Assembly (NCBI GenBank): GCA_965116885.1
Contig: OZ220741.1
Location: 851,076 to 915,075 of the forward strand
Direction of reading: 5' to 3'
Source: Candidatus Latescibacterota bacterium
GTDB taxonomy: Bacteria; Latescibacterota; UBA2968
Length of the DNA stretch: 64,000 bases
The notes beneath the pieces are model-generated. The model had not been told where the DNA came from. It did no database searches and saw only the letters and a program-made list of their open reading frames with translations. Every line of letters starts with the position of its first letter. Positions within the stretch are counted from its first letter, which is position 1. Shown one piece after another: positions 53,852 through 64,000 of this stretch. A program made the translations under genes and the position numbers.

Positions 53852-55102
53852 TTAATCCCTATGTGGGCGAATTTTTGATTTGGGTTTTTTGAACTCCCAC
53901 ATCAGTTCGCTGCGGCCAAAATCGGTTTCGTGAGACTGCACGATGAGTTTGATGTACTTTGTCTGATCTGAAACAACTGGTGTTTTCATAACCGTATGCG
54001 CAGAAAAATAAAGTATAAGCAATTTTTCATTGCCCACATAAGTAATATTCATGGGCGGCTCTGCAAAATAGCGCACCTTTTCACCGGGCGTATAAGTGGG
54101 AGAAATATACGTACCAAATACATCCGTAACTTCCATTTCTCTGCCCGGTACAGAAACCTGGAGTGCTTCGAGCGGATAAAATGCCCGTTCTTCAATTTTG
54201 TCGGGTTCATACCCGATCTCTTCGCTGTCTTCGAGGTAAATTGTCCAGCGACTCAGATCGAGATACGCCTTGTCGTAAATGGTATTGAATTTTAAGCGAA
54301 TTTGAATATCGTCATCGAGTCGGTTTTGGCTGGCATACGCATCCCATGTCTGGGCAGAAATGCTATCGGGACCGTAGTGGGTTTGCAACATGTCAAACTC
54401 TGAACGCACGAGATCCGGGACGTAAAGCGTAGCAGAGATGAGCAGCGGGGAACGCACGACGCGATAGCGTTCGGAAACGTTCAACTCTCGGAATTGCAAA
54501 TCGGGGTGCGCGGCAATACTCGGTGCCTGCGACAGATTGTCTATAGGACGCACCGAGGGAACAAAGCTGCGCACAGTCCATATCTTGAGCAATTGCGGAT
54601 ATGTCCAGGTATTATCTGGATCCGGCTTTGATGGCAGGGTGAGTTTATAGACCTCCTTTTTTCCCGAAAACTCGGGAAAAAGCGGGGAGTTTTGAACGTG
54701 ATAATAGGGATATTGCGCAATGGGAATGGCAAAAACATCGCCTTTGCCAATGAGTTTATCCAGGCGTTCAATTTGCTTGCTATCGAGCGCAGTTTTAAGC
54801 GCATCAAACACGGCACTCGCACTGTCATTAGCACTCTGCCGCAGACTTCTCAGATCTTTGAGTTTGGGAACATAGCCCTGCCACAAAAGGGCTTCATTGG
54901 TACGGCGCGCGCGTTCGGTTTGATATTCAATCACGACATCGCGAAGTGCTGAAACGCGTTTGGCAATATGCTCTTTCTGATCGCCCCTCGCCTTGAGATG
55001 TTTGCTCAATCGATCCGCTTCGAGGAGATCCTTCGTATTGGCACCCCAGGCAGTTTGGAGCGCGACAAGGAAAACCGCGACGAAACTTGCTCGGAAAAAC
55101 AT
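53852..55102 (-). CDS. Secreted hypothetical protein
   Basis: Start taken at ATG 55102, giving signal peptide MFFRASFVAVFLVALQTAWG. No family recognised. Confidence 0.55.
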   Translation of the reverse strand: MFFRASFVAVFLVALQTAWGANTKDLLEADRLSKHLKARGDQKEHIAKRVSALRDVVIEYQTERARRTNEALLWQGYVPKLKDLRSLRQSANDSASAVFDALKTALDSKQIERLDKLIGKGDVFAIPIAQYPYYHVQNSPLFPEFSGKKEVYKLTLPSKPDPDNTWTYPQLLKIWTVRSFVPSVRPIDNLSQAPSIAAHPDLQFRELNVSERYRVVRSPLLISATLYVPDLVRSEFDMLQTHYGPDSISAQTWDAYASQNRLDDDIQIRLKFNTIYDKAYLDLSRWTIYLEDSEEIGYEPDKIEERAFYPLEALQVSVPGREMEVTDVFGTYISPTYTPGEKVRYFAEPPMNITYVGNEKLLILYFSAHTVMKTPVVSDQTKYIKLIVQSHETDFGRSELMWEFKKPKSKIRPHRD

Positions 55103-55182
55103 GATATATACCCGTGTGTATTTTATGTCTAAAGCCAACCCCTATTTTAATGTTTGAACGCCCAAAAGGTTCAAAATTGCGT

Positions 55183-57345
55183 TTATCTTCGCCCGCGTCT
55201 TTTGGGGCGAACATTTTGCGTATGTGACAAAAGGTGAAAATCTATCCGCAGGCGTTGCCGGTCGAGTTGGGCGAGTTGTACCTGAACCGAATCGCCGAGT
55301 CGGAAAATCGTTCCCGTGGATTCACCAATGAGCGCGCCTTGCAACTCGTGGTAAATATAATAATCATCATAGAGATATTTTACGTGAACCAGGCCCTCAA
55401 TGAGCACATCATTGAGTTGAACAAAAAACCCGATAGAACGCACATCGACAATAACGGCATCGAAACACTCGCCCATCTTATCTTTCAAATAGAGAATTTG
55501 CATAAGCCGAATAGCATCCCACTCGGCTTGTTGCGCGGCGATCTCGCGTTGCGTCGCCAAATCGCCAATATCGGGCAAGAGGCGTGCGCGGCGCGCCATC
55601 TGCCCGGGCGTAATCGCATCGTTGATCGCATCGCGCAAAGTGCGGTGAAGAATCAGATCGGGGTAGCGTCGAATGGGCGATGTGAAGTGCGTATAAGTAT
55701 CGCAAGCCAACCCAAAATGACCGACATTGTCGGGCGTGTACACGGCTTTCTTCATTGAACGCAACAGGCGGTGGCTCAAAATATGCCCTATAGGCTCATC
55801 CTTAAAATTGGCGAGAAACGCCTGGATGCTATCTATCCGCGAAGGATTGGAAAGGCGATACCCCAATGTTCTCGCCAGATCGCAAAATTCGGCGAGTTTT
55901 TCACCGTCGGGCGGTTCGTGGACGCGATAGAGAATCGGGACGCCGCTATCGGCCATGCGCCGCGCGACAATCTCATTGGCCAGAAGCATAAATTCTTCAA
56001 TAAGACGATGACTATTCAAACGCGCACGGGGAAGAATGTGAACAGGATAGCCCTGATCGTCGAGAATAATACGAGGTTCGGGAATCTCAAAATCGATCGT
56101 ACCCCTTGCCATGCGTTTCCCTGTCAGACATCTCCTCAGAGCCTCCATATGCAGGAGAACATCGGCATGCGATTCGGCGGGATTGTCCGCACACCTATCG
56201 CCATCGAGCACCTGCTGAACCTCTTCATAAGACAGACTCGCCCGACTGCGTATAACCGTCTCTGCAATTTGGGCGTCAATCAACTCACCGTCGGAGGTAA
56301 TCCGCGCCAGAATACTCAGCGTTAGACGATCTTCACAGGGCTGTAAAGAACAGATATTTGCCGAGAGTTTTTCCGGCAACATGGGAATGACGCGATCGGG
56401 CAAATACACGCTACTGCCGCGCGCGAGAGCTTCGTGGTCGAGAGACGAGCCTTCGGGAACATAGTAGCTAACATCGGCAATATGAATGCCCAGACAATAG
56501 GTCTGATCATCGAGAACCTGAAGCGATACGGCATCGTCGTGATCGCGCGCATCGGCTGGATCAATCGTAAAACAGACCAAATCGCGCAAATCGAGGCGAC
56601 GGTCAATCTCCTCTGTGGGAATACCTTCGGGAATCGCTTCTGTGGCATCGAGAACATGGTGGGGAAATTCGAGTGGAAGACCGAGTTTTTTGATCAGAAT
56701 AAGGGTCTCAATACCCGCATCTTCCGCATTGCCCAGAACTTCGATAATCCGTCCATCGGGATGGGCATTGGGCGAGGAATATGTGAGACGCACAACCACC
56801 TTTTGCCCCGCCTTAGCATCGTGAGTGGGGTCATCGGAGATATGAATACGCGCGCGGATACGCGGATCGTCGGAGACCACAAGAGAAACGCCATCATACG
56901 TACCCACCACTGTTTGCTCGGCGCGTTCCACAATGCGAACCAACTCACCCTCTGCGCGATCGCTGCCCTGTGCCCTGCGCGTGAGGCGCGCCACAGCGCG
57001 GTCGCCGTGTCGCGCACGTCTCATGTATCTCGCACCAATAAAAATATCTGCGCCGCCATCTTCGGGCGCAAGCAGACCATATCCACTGGCCTGGACACTG
57101 ATGCGACCGACGACGAGATTGTGATCAGACGGAATGCCGTAGCGGCTGCGGCGCAATTTTACGAGGTCACCATCGCGCACCAGGCGGCGAATCAGGCGGC
57201 GAAAATCTGAATAAGCCCGATCGGAGACGCGAAGAGCGCGAGCAAGTTCCCTGATCTTGAGCGGACGCCTGTGTTGTTGGCGCACAAAATTCAGTACTTG
57301 ATCGCGAGAGACAGACATATTTCTATAGGAACCAATAGCAGACAA
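55183..57345 (-). CDS. rnr: Ribonuclease R
   Basis: 720 aa. RNB domain motifs (DPADARDHDDAVS, HFGLA...YTHFTSPIRRYPDL), a C-terminal S1-like domain and a basic tail. Confidence 0.9.
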   Translation of the reverse strand: MSAIGSYRNMSVSRDQVLNFVRQQHRRPLKIRELARALRVSDRAYSDFRRLIRRLVRDGDLVKLRRSRYGIPSDHNLVVGRISVQASGYGLLAPEDGGADIFIGARYMRRARHGDRAVARLTRRAQGSDRAEGELVRIVERAEQTVVGTYDGVSLVVSDDPRIRARIHISDDPTHDAKAGQKVVVRLTYSSPNAHPDGRIIEVLGNAEDAGIETLILIKKLGLPLEFPHHVLDATEAIPEGIPTEEIDRRLDLRDLVCFTIDPADARDHDDAVSLQVLDDQTYCLGIHIADVSYYVPEGSSLDHEALARGSSVYLPDRVIPMLPEKLSANICSLQPCEDRLTLSILARITSDGELIDAQIAETVIRSRASLSYEEVQQVLDGDRCADNPAESHADVLLHMEALRRCLTGKRMARGTIDFEIPEPRIILDDQGYPVHILPRARLNSHRLIEEFMLLANEIVARRMADSGVPILYRVHEPPDGEKLAEFCDLARTLGYRLSNPSRIDSIQAFLANFKDEPIGHILSHRLLRSMKKAVYTPDNVGHFGLACDTYTHFTSPIRRYPDLILHRTLRDAINDAITPGQMARRARLLPDIGDLATQREIAAQQAEWDAIRLMQILYLKDKMGECFDAVIVDVRSIGFFVQLNDVLIEGLVHVKYLYDDYYIYHELQGALIGESTGTIFRLGDSVQVQLAQLDRQRLRIDFHLLSHTQNVRPKRRGRR

Positions 57346-57438
57346 ACAGGCGGGAGATGTGGTGGCGGTGTGTGAGCAAAATCATTATACTGCTGAGGAT
57401 AACTCAAGGCAAATATACGGAAAGGGTGCGAAAAAGCA

Positions 57439-58524
57439 ATGCAAAACCTCTACCGGCTAATCGCAATAGCTCTCTTGTGCTTTGGGGGATGCGCCGCGCA
57501 ATATGTTCTGGCACCCGACGGGGAATACGATTATCGCGTGCCCGTTGGGCGAGGTGATGCCCAGGCGGGATTTGAAACCCTATTTGCTTCCACCGTAAAA
57601 GTCGTGTGGACACCCCAATATACCAACGTATTTTACACACATGACATGAGAAACGACAGAGGCTTATTGCTCCATTTGCCTTTAAGAGATGAAAACAGCC
57701 CAACCGGCTATCGGCTATTGCGAAATGGCATCCGCGAAACCGTCGATTCTTATTCCAAAGTGGGCACCGCGCTCGTAATTTCGCGACAAGCCGTGGCCAA
57801 TCAATACAATGTGGCAGTTGCACTGACAAATGCACATCTGGTAACAGCACCGGATACCATTCGGTATTTCATGCGAGACGTCCGGGGCATCGAAACGAAG
57901 GTACTCGAACGAATCTCCATTAAAATCAGCACCTCATTGCACGTGGTCAATCGCGATGGCGAACGCATCTCTGCAAAAATCGTGCGCCTCGATCCCGAAG
58001 CAGACCTATCTTTGCTCAAACTCAATATCCCCAATCTGATGAAAAAACCCTGGCCTTTTTTGCTGCGACTGGGCAAAACATCGGATCTGCAATGGGGCAA
58101 TTTTGTCTATATCGCAGGTCATCCAAAAAATAAGATGCATCTCACTGCGGGCACCGTGAGTTTAGACGAAGACGATGATCGGTTTTTTGTCGATGCGCCC
58201 ATCCGTGCAGGCTACAGTGGCGGGCCTGTGGTTGCCGTACGAGATGGCTTGCCCAATTTTGAACTCGTGGGCCTTTGTCGGGGAGCGACAACAGAAACAT
58301 TCCGCTTGCTGGTGCCTCACCAGAGATTGAATGAAGGTGCGACATTATCGCCCGATTTGCTCAGTCAAATCTCGGTTGAAGAGCGCGAGATGGTGGAACC
58401 CGGTTTGGGTATTATCGTGGGAATTGAAGCCGTCAAACGATTTCTATTGGACAGTCGCGATTCGCTCCGCGCGAACGGTGTAGATATCAAAACCGATGCC
58501 GCATTGCGAATGTGGGGGTTTTGA
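57439..58524 (+). CDS. Trypsin-like (S1/S1C-type) serine protease lipoprotein
   Basis: Lipobox-like FGGC. NAHLV (His), DLSLLKL (Asp) and GYSGGPV (Ser) form the catalytic-triad contexts. Confidence 0.65.
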   Translation: MQNLYRLIAIALLCFGGCAAQYVLAPDGEYDYRVPVGRGDAQAGFETLFASTVKVVWTPQYTNVFYTHDMRNDRGLLLHLPLRDENSPTGYRLLRNGIRETVDSYSKVGTALVISRQAVANQYNVAVALTNAHLVTAPDTIRYFMRDVRGIETKVLERISIKISTSLHVVNRDGERISAKIVRLDPEADLSLLKLNIPNLMKKPWPFLLRLGKTSDLQWGNFVYIAGHPKNKMHLTAGTVSLDEDDDRFFVDAPIRAGYSGGPVVAVRDGLPNFELVGLCRGATTETFRLLVPHQRLNEGATLSPDLLSQISVEEREMVEPGLGIIVGIEAVKRFLLDSRDSLRANGVDIKTDAALRMWGF

Positions 58525-58576
58525 ATTCGGGCGATTTGTATTATATTGTCGGGTTATATTGTTAATCCGATTTTTT

Positions 58577-58604
58577 GTAGGGGCGACCCCCTGTGGTCGC
58601 CCGC
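58577..58604. repeat. REP element, subfamily A
   Basis: gtaggggcgaccccctgtggtcgcccgc. Confidence 0.9.
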
Positions 58605-58634
58605 TGACCTTACACATTTTACAAGGAGATCCAA

Positions 58635-59081
58635 ATGAAACATTTTACCATTTCCTTACTAAGCGTATTCCTTCTTCCCGCGCTGGTCGGAGCGCACTGC
58701 GAAATACCGTGTGGGATCTATGGCGATGAGGGTCGGTTTGCGCTGCTATTGGAAAACGCGACCACCATTGAAAAATCGATGAATGAAATCAACAGATTGT
58801 CGGGAGAAAGCGAAAAAAACAACAACCAGATCGTGCGGTGGGTCGTCAACAAAGAGCACCATGCCGATCAGATTCGCGATATCGTCGCACAATACTTCCT
58901 GGCACAGCGGATCACAGAACCCGCGGAAGGGACGGCTGCAAAAGCCTATACTGAAAAACTAATAGCCCTGCACAAAATCATCCGCACGGCAATGAAGTGC
59001 AAACAAACCACAGACCCGAAAAACGCGCAGACCTTGCGCGATCACATAAACGCCTTTCAGGCGCTCTACAACGCGAAATAG
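58635..59081 (+). CDS. sodN: Nickel superoxide dismutase precursor
   Basis: HCEIPCGIY matches the Ni-hook HCxxPCGxY. It is preceded by a 20-aa hydrophobic leader MKHFTISLLSVFLLPALVGA. Confidence 0.85.
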   Translation: MKHFTISLLSVFLLPALVGAHCEIPCGIYGDEGRFALLLENATTIEKSMNEINRLSGESEKNNNQIVRWVVNKEHHADQIRDIVAQYFLAQRITEPAEGTAAKAYTEKLIALHKIIRTAMKCKQTTDPKNAQTLRDHINAFQALYNAK

Positions 59082-59088
59082 AGAAACA

Positions 59089-59114
59089 GGGACGGCACAG
59101 GGGCCGTCCCCTAC
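59089..59114. repeat. REP element, subfamily B (inverted orientation)
   Basis: gggacggcacaggggccgtcccctac. Confidence 0.9.
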
Positions 59115-59146
59115 GGTCTCCTGCGTTTGAATACAATCATTATCTG

Positions 59147-59174
59147 TAGGGGCGATGCCCCCGTGCCCACCCGT
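59147..59174. repeat. REP-like element (divergent subfamily A copy)
   Basis: gtaggggcgatgcccccgtgcccacccg. Confidence 0.6.
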
Positions 59175-59184
59175 CACAATTTAT

Positions 59185-59218
59185 GGGACAATCTCGATTG
59201 AGATTGTCCCATTTTTTT
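59185..59218 (+). terminator. Intrinsic terminator after sodN
   Basis: GGGACAATCTCgattGAGATTGTCCC followed by attttttt. Confidence 0.85.
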
Positions 59219-59226
59219 ATTTTTTC

Positions 59227-59255
59227 TTGCGCTACTGAAAGGTCTTTGATATATT
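59227..59255 (+). promoter_or_regulatory. Candidate sigma70 promoter of groESL
   Basis: TTGCGC-17 nt-TATATT, 10 nt upstream of the CIRCE element. Confidence 0.5.
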
Positions 59256-59265
59256 CTCCGCCCCA

Positions 59266-59292
59266 TTAGCACTCGACAGGTGAGAGTGCTAA
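59266..59292 (+). promoter_or_regulatory. CIRCE operator (HrcA binding site)
   Basis: TTAGCACTC-GACAGGTGA-GAGTGCTAA is a perfect match to the consensus TTAGCACTC-N9-GAGTGCTAA. Confidence 0.95.
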
Positions 59293-59342
59293 AACAATCA
59301 TCCGTATCTTTTCACTCCACCTCGCATAAGGAGGCTATAACA

Positions 59343-59633
59343 ATGGCGAAGGTGAAACCCCTCGGGGATCGCGTGCTGGTCAAACCTGTTGAAGAAGCCG
59401 AACAGGTCAAGGGCGGCATCATCATTCCCGATACGGCCAAAGAAAAACCCCAGCGGGGCGAAATTGTGGCTGTTGGCGATGGCAAGCCCGACGATTCGGG
59501 CAACCGGATCCCGTTGTCGGTCGCATCCGGCGACACAGTACTTTACGGCAAGTATTCAGGCACAGAAGTCCGTCTGGACGACGAAGACTATCTGATCATG
59601 CCCGAAGGCGATATTTTAGCGATCATTGATTAA
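59343..59633 (+). CDS. groES: Co-chaperonin GroES
   Basis: [42 protein letters not shown]. Confidence 0.97.
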   Translation: MAKVKPLGDRVLVKPVEEAEQVKGGIIIPDTAKEKPQRGEIVAVGDGKPDDSGNRIPLSVASGDTVLYGKYSGTEVRLDDEDYLIMPEGDILAIID

Positions 59634-61301
<1,668 letters not shown>

Positions 61302-61324
61302 GCGGTCAGTCTTTCGCAAAAAAA

Positions 61325-61354
61325 GGGCACCCAACAAACAGGGTGTCCTTTTTT
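61325..61354 (+). terminator. Intrinsic terminator after groEL
   Basis: GGGCACCCaacaaacaGGGTGTCCtttttt. Confidence 0.8.
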
Positions 61355-61644
61355 GTGAGCAGTACATATCTTTCACCATCCCACTCATTCATCGTTCAAA
61401 ATTTACTCTTTCCCCGTCAACGCCTGTCTGCTCCATCTCCGCTCCAACAGGCAATCCACAAATTCAAGTTGTGAACAAAAGCACAATACAGCATATTGAA
61501 AGCATAATGAGGTGCCGGAGTTTCTGACAAGCCCTTTTATCGCTCAATTTTGTGATAATTTCATTTCTGGCATGATATTTGCTTGAGGTCTGACTGTTGC
61601 GTTTGTCCAAAATACGACCAACTCTCAGATCTGAGGCATCTCAC

Positions 61645-62553
61645 ATGGCCGAATTTGATACGATTTCCAAACACCTCATTCAGAAATATCCCGACGACTT
61701 TGCCAGCTTCTCCCTCGGACGCGAGGATGTTGAAGTTCTTGCAGTCATGGACACAGAGCAATACACTGTTGAAGCACGCCAAACCGATAGCCTGATTCGC
61801 GTGCGTATCGATGGTGAGGAGGTATTGGTCCACAACGAGTTTCAAACGACTGGCAGCACCAATCCTCCTATGCCACGCCGCATGGCGGGCTATATCGGAC
61901 ATGCGATTCGGCAATACGGCCTGCCGATCTATTCCAATGTCATCTATCTACGTCCCAATGCGGGGCAGCACGATACCGGGTACTATGTCCAGGAGCATCT
62001 CGACTACGAAATCACAATTCGGTATCGTGTGATCAGACTGATTGAGATAGAAGGTCAGCACGTTCTCAATGCGGGGCAATCGGGTCTGATCCCTTTCACG
62101 CCATTGATGAAGCCGCCTGAAAGAATGGCATCTGATACGTGGTTACATCAGTGTATTCACACGGCTCGGACGCGTCCCATCACTCGGTCATATAGGGCGG
62201 ATTATCTCGCAGGCATGGTGGCGTTGAGCGAGTTGGTGTATGCTTCTGAAACAATTTCTGATATTATATTGAAGGAGGGCATCATGGATCTGATCCGCGA
62301 ATCATCACTTTTTCAATCCCTTACCCAGGAAAGTAGAGAGGAAGCCAGAGAGGAAGGCATTGAGCAAGGAAAAAGAAAAAGCACGCTCGAAGATATCCTT
62401 GAAGTGTTGGAGATTCGTTTTGATCTCCCTGCATCGCATCCCTTATCTGATCGCATCGCGGCTATTGAAGATTTACAACGCCTCAAGCAGTTGCACCGCG
62501 CGGCAATACAGGTGACCAGCCTTGAAGCATTTCAGCATCTGTTAGATGAGTAA
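61645..62553 (+). CDS. Rpn-family recombination-promoting nuclease / putative transposase (PD-(D/E)xK with DUF4351-like C-terminus)
   Basis: ...RQTDSLIRVRIDGEEVLVHNEFQTT...MAGYIGHAIRQYGLPIYSNVIYL resembles the Rpn/transposase_31-like core. The C-terminal helical region (...LEIRFDLP...IEDLQRLKQLHRAA...) is DUF4351-like. AT-richer than the flanks. Confidence 0.55.
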   Translation: MAEFDTISKHLIQKYPDDFASFSLGREDVEVLAVMDTEQYTVEARQTDSLIRVRIDGEEVLVHNEFQTTGSTNPPMPRRMAGYIGHAIRQYGLPIYSNVIYLRPNAGQHDTGYYVQEHLDYEITIRYRVIRLIEIEGQHVLNAGQSGLIPFTPLMKPPERMASDTWLHQCIHTARTRPITRSYRADYLAGMVALSELVYASETISDIILKEGIMDLIRESSLFQSLTQESREEAREEGIEQGKRKSTLEDILEVLEIRFDLPASHPLSDRIAAIEDLQRLKQLHRAAIQVTSLEAFQHLLDE

Positions 62554-62612
62554 CGCGATTTTCAAAAAGGAGAGCGTAGTGAGTTAAGTCACGGTAACGT
62601 GGGCGAAACGGT

Positions 62613-63893
62613 TTAAAATTTCGAACCACAAAAAAACACGCGATTATTGATCACCTCGCCTGTCTCTTTATCCGGATAACGGGACTCCCCATCAAAAAAG
62701 ACAAAAGGCGGGTATTGCCCTGCGGGAATGGTATTGGCGCCTGTAGGACGTTCCAGATTCGCCTCGTTAAAAATCGCATCCTCGGGCAAAGCGAACTGAG
62801 TTTTCCAACCCCTATCCCCCTCGTTCAAAGTCAACCAGACCAGGCGCTTATCCTCTGTCTCCCAGTTCAATCCACGCGTGGGTTTGCCATCATTCCAGCC
62901 CTTGCCAAGCGGCTGAAGCTCCAGCAACGCATAAAGCGTACCCGCTTCATCCACACTAAACGCACCGCGGCACCCCGTCGGCCGGTGGCCTGGAAAACCC
63001 GTATCAATGGACTCTCGCTCCCAGGTGCCCTCTGCATCGAGATAGGCGTGAACGATCTCACCCGGCTCATCCAGATGTGAAACATAGAGAATATGTGGAC
63101 CCTCAGAAGAAACCACAATACAACCCTGTGAGAGCACTTCAGGACGGGGCATAGGTTCATGCCGCTCATCCTCCTGAGAACGCGCAAGAACATCGAGCTG
63201 CTCGGGCCGTGCTGGCAACTCGATACGCGAGCCATCGGCCCTCTCCCACGTCTCGCCACCATCTCGACTACACATATAACACACAGCCTGATGCAACCCG
63301 CGCTGATCGCGAATCCCCCTACCCTCGTAAAAATCGACCACAAGATGAAGAACGCCATCTGAACCGACAGCCATACCAGTCTGGAAAGCACCGTAACCCG
63401 TATAATCCTCACGCCGCTTGACCAATTTCCCGCGTGCTTCCCAGGCACCATCTCTGCTCTTAGAATAAAAATCCACACCATCCCAGCGATTGGGAGACCG
63501 CATAGTTAAAAAAAGCGTATCGTCCAAACCGCACACAACAACCGGATAGGTCCCCGAACCGGCCGGCTCTCCCTCTGTCCATTCACTCGCATCATTGGGC
63601 CGCACCGACCGTCGATATGTCACTGGCGAATTGTGACCACTCATAATAGCTTGCAAATAGCCCTGGTGGTCAATGGTCATAACCGGACGCGCGTGATTGT
63701 CGCGCCCCCTGTTAAAAGTCAACGGCCTCGACCATTCTCCAGTATCGCGATCAAAAGTGCAAACCCTGTTGAAATAGCCCTCACCTGTAACATCCTGCCA
63801 GACCACATGCGTTCTACCCTCGTACGTAACAACCTTATTCCCCGCGCCAGAGGTTGCGCGCTCACTGCCAACTTGAGAGATTAATCTGGTCAC
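62613..63893 (-). CDS. BNR_4-like beta-propeller protein (function unknown)
   Basis: DNHARPVMTIDHQGYLQAIMSGHNSPVTYRRS resembles the BNR-4 repeat family signature. 426 aa. Confidence 0.5.
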   Translation of the reverse strand: MTRLISQVGSERATSGAGNKVVTYEGRTHVVWQDVTGEGYFNRVCTFDRDTGEWSRPLTFNRGRDNHARPVMTIDHQGYLQAIMSGHNSPVTYRRSVRPNDASEWTEGEPAGSGTYPVVVCGLDDTLFLTMRSPNRWDGVDFYSKSRDGAWEARGKLVKRREDYTGYGAFQTGMAVGSDGVLHLVVDFYEGRGIRDQRGLHQAVCYMCSRDGGETWERADGSRIELPARPEQLDVLARSQEDERHEPMPRPEVLSQGCIVVSSEGPHILYVSHLDEPGEIVHAYLDAEGTWERESIDTGFPGHRPTGCRGAFSVDEAGTLYALLELQPLGKGWNDGKPTRGLNWETEDKRLVWLTLNEGDRGWKTQFALPEDAIFNEANLERPTGANTIPAGQYPPFVFFDGESRYPDKETGEVINNRVFFCGSKF

Positions 63894-63923
63894 ATTGAAC
63901 TCCCTTTAATTACATCATATCCC

Positions 63924-64000
63924 AAACCGCTCAAAAATCGATCACGGATGAAACGGATGACGCGGAAATACGCGGATTAGAAACTAAACCGCTCAAAAAT
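63924..64000. repeat. 15-nt direct repeat AAACCGCTCAAAAAT (63924-63938 and 63986-64000), 62-nt period, cut by the window edge
   Basis: Read directly. The intervening 47 nt contain cacggatgaaacggatgacgcggaaatacgcggatt, which is short-motif low-complexity sequence. Confidence 0.8.

Noticed and set aside
57439-58524. Trypsin-like protease upstream of sodN, considered as a dedicated Ni-SOD maturation peptidase.
   Set aside because: The known maturase SodX is an S26 signal-peptidase homolog, not S1-like. The two genes are separated by 110 nt containing a REP element, and the sodN leader looks like an ordinary Sec signal.

Overview
The window holds about 55 protein-coding genes and no rRNA, tRNA or clear CRISPR array. 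It looks like an uncultivated, moderately GC-rich Gram-negative-type bacterium: several lipobox lipoproteins, many sulfatase and dioxygenase-type genes, and abundant REP-like palindromes. I cannot assign taxonomy from sequence alone.

The left 7.9 kb looks, by eye, like an AT-richer accessory or defence island, with every gene on the minus strand. In coordinate order it carries:
- a frameshifted HhH-glycosylase-like gene;
- a YhcG/DUF1016 PD-(D/E)xK nuclease;
- an unknown 231-aa gene;
- an apparently intact E2-only (type II-short) CBASS operon: patatin effector, CD-NTase, and an E2-like protein with a SEC-C tail;
- upstream of CBASS, a CapH/CapP-like pair (XRE-HTH plus ImmA/IrrE protease).

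The remainder is mostly housekeeping or metabolic:
- two PhyH dioxygenases and a sulfatase;
- M42 and M14 peptidases;
- a family-5 solute-binding protein;
- a sugar-type ABC importer with two ATPase genes;
- Rel/SpoT, glycogen phosphorylase, GH5, RNase R, Ni-SOD, and groESL with a perfect CIRCE operator.

Two small toxin-antitoxin modules and one Rpn-type nuclease gene interrupt this core.

Outside the island, the observations most worth a second look are:
- a 1883-aa single-chain tandem UvrA-UvrA fusion;
- a two-subfamily REP hairpin family, which twice supplies the stop codon of a gene;
- a Ni-SOD with a Sec-type signal peptide placed directly before the Ni-hook histidine;
- a Rel/SpoT whose hydrolase motifs look degenerate;
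- a YchF paralog with degenerate G2/G3 motifs;
- an Asp-less, tail-anchored receiver-domain protein.

I did not find a clearly unprecedented multi-gene system. The best candidates for novelty are the unknown gene attached to the CBASS operon and the fused UvrA.

All family assignments rest on motifs I read in the translations and on recalled family signatures. No database search was run.
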